DNA from: a virus
Direction: 5' to 3' (one strand)
DNA: 40,704 nucleotides
UHGV virus genome: UHGV-0244400
The position numbers and the translations under genes are program-made. Below the pieces are notes generated by a model. It had not been told where the DNA came from. It made no database searches and was given only the letters and a program-made list of their open reading frames with translations. Of this stretch, positions 39,461-40,704 are shown piece after piece. Within the stretch, counting starts at the first letter, position 1. The number at the start of each line of letters is the position of its first letter.

Positions 39461-39558
39461 ACATGAAAAGCAAAATCATCAGGGAGCTACAGGCTCCTTT
39501 TTTATTATTCGCATTCACCCTCAAGCGTATTAACCAACAATTCAGGGATTAATGAAAG

Positions 39559-39780
39559 ATGGCAGATATCATTGATTCAGCATCAGAAATTGAAGAATTA
39601 CAGCGCAATACAGCAATAAAAATGCGTCGCCTGAACTACCAGACTGTATCCGCAACTCATTGTTGTGAGTGTGGCGATCCGATAGATGAACGAAGACGCC
39701 TGGCAGTTCAGGGTTGTCGGACTTGTGCAAGTTGCCAGGAGGATCTGGAGCTTATCAGTAAACAGAGAGGTTCGAAGTGA
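39559..39780 (+). CDS. TraR/DksA-family zinc-finger protein (lambda orf73-like)
   Basis: 73 aa with CxxC..CxxC motif (CCECGDPID...CRTCASCQ). Confidence 0.8.
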   Translation: MADIIDSASEIEELQRNTAIKMRRLNYQTVSATHCCECGDPIDERRRLAVQGCRTCASCQEDLELISKQRGSK

Positions 39781-39850
39781 TTCCACTGTCGCCAGGCCAT
39801 GCCTACGGGATGTTTATGGAACGTTTTAACGAGTTATCGGAGTTACGCAA

Positions 39851-40201
39851 ATGCGCATGAATGTTTTCGAAATGGAAGGGTTTCTTCGCGGGAAATGTGT
39901 ACCACGAGATCTGAAAGTGAATGAAACAAATGCTGAGTATCTGGTGCGTAAATTCGATGAAGTACGTGCTGAGGCTCGCAACGAGGGTATTAACTATACC
40001 GCAAGCCGTCTTGCTGCGGCTTTCAATCACGGATTTATCAATAAGTCTTTACGTGAAGTTTTCGACGTTACACGCATGATTCTGTCAGCGAAAGAAGAGT
40101 TGGCTAATGAACCACACCCGATTGATGGCCTGTCCGGTGAATATGCGGAGAAATCCCTAGAAGAATGGGCGGAACAGATTCGCAAAGGAGGCAACCAGTG
40201 A
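39851..40201 (+). CDS. Hypothetical protein, early-left accessory region
   Basis: 116 aa ORF; no family recognised. Confidence 0.55.
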   Translation: MRMNVFEMEGFLRGKCVPRDLKVNETNAEYLVRKFDEVRAEARNEGINYTASRLAAAFNHGFINKSLREVFDVTRMILSAKEELANEPHPIDGLSGEYAEKSLEEWAEQIRKGGNQ

Positions 40202-40704
40202 GCAAGATTGACTATCAAGAACTGCGCGAGGCGGCGGAACAGGCAACGCAAGATGAATGGGTAGCATATATTTTGCCGGGTCATAACGGCATTTATCCTG
40301 CGCGCACGTCTGAGGGTAGGCATTGCGGATACTTTATTGACTGGCCTGGCGTCTGTCAGGGGCGGGAGAGCATCAGCATCAGAACCTACGCAGTGAATTG
40401 CAATGACGCATGGCTAAACACCGAAGGTGATGACATCTCCGGCTCATACGTTAAGTACAAAGACCATCAGGAAGTGGTTGCCGCTCTTGAGGCCAAGTGC
40501 GCGGCGCTGGCTGCTGAGAATGCGGGAATAAAGTCTGCAATTCCAAAATCACGGGATATTGAGGATGACAATGACAATATGGATGACGTATCTCTCGCGG
40601 AAGACTTCGGGTTCAATCATGCAATAGAACGGATGAGGAGACAGATACCTGAAACGCCAACCACTGATGCTTTCCTGGCTGAAGTCCGGGCGCAGGGGGT
40701 GGAT
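40198..40704 (+). CDS. Hypothetical protein, 3' end beyond window (GTG start overlapping upstream stop)
   Basis: Open frame from GTG at 40198 (SD AAAGGAGG upstream) to the window edge, 169 codons without stop; acidic C-terminal region. Confidence 0.45.
   Translation, partial: MSKIDYQELREAAEQATQDEWVAYILPGHNGIYPARTSEGRHCGYFIDWPGVCQGRESISIRTYAVNCNDAWLNTEGDDISGSYVKYKDHQEVVAALEAKCAALAAENAGIKSAIPKSRDIEDDNDNMDDVSLAEDFGFNHAIERMRRQIPETPTTDAFLAEVRAQGVD

Overview
The window holds about 2.7 kb of enterobacterial (E. coli-type) chromosome followed by a large mosaic prophage integrated at tRNA-Arg (argW) that runs off the right edge, so its right end and attR are not visible. Host part: the 3' end of a gene entering from the left edge, mlaA (-), yfdC (+) and argW (+). 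The prophage is gene-dense and combines modules I recognise from different phage lineages: a P4-type integrase (IntS-like) next to the tRNA; an AT-rich family-3 acyltransferase (O-antigen acetylase-like cargo); a Mu-like contractile-tail module on the minus strand (tail fibre and assembly, baseplate, tape measure, chaperone with a -1 frameshift site, tube, sheath); an HK97-like head module (portal, protease, major capsid, HNH, terminase small and large); a lambda-type lysis cassette (S, R, Rz/Rz1); two tRNA-like genes; a Q antiterminator; nin genes; a non-lambda replication module (DnaB-type helicase plus an O-like initiator with internal iterons); and an essentially lambda immunity and early-left region (cII, nutR, cro, OR, cI, OL/PL, nutL, N, cIII, kil, gam, bet, exo, TraR-like). 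The most interesting item is a 301-aa AT-rich gene sitting exactly where lambda carries rexAB, immediately downstream of cI and upstream of PL/N. It is probably co-transcribed with the repressor in the lysogen, and I read it as a candidate single-gene anti-phage (abortive infection) system. Other accessory candidates are a secreted-protein moron inside the tail operon, unknown genes in the N-cIII (ral/sieB) slot, and a small DUF2158-like gene at the bor position. All family assignments come from reading the translated ORFs and from memory of reference proteins; no database search was run. Coordinates of CDSs are anchored to the supplied ORF track; manually located RNA, operator and terminator coordinates may be off by 1-2 bp.
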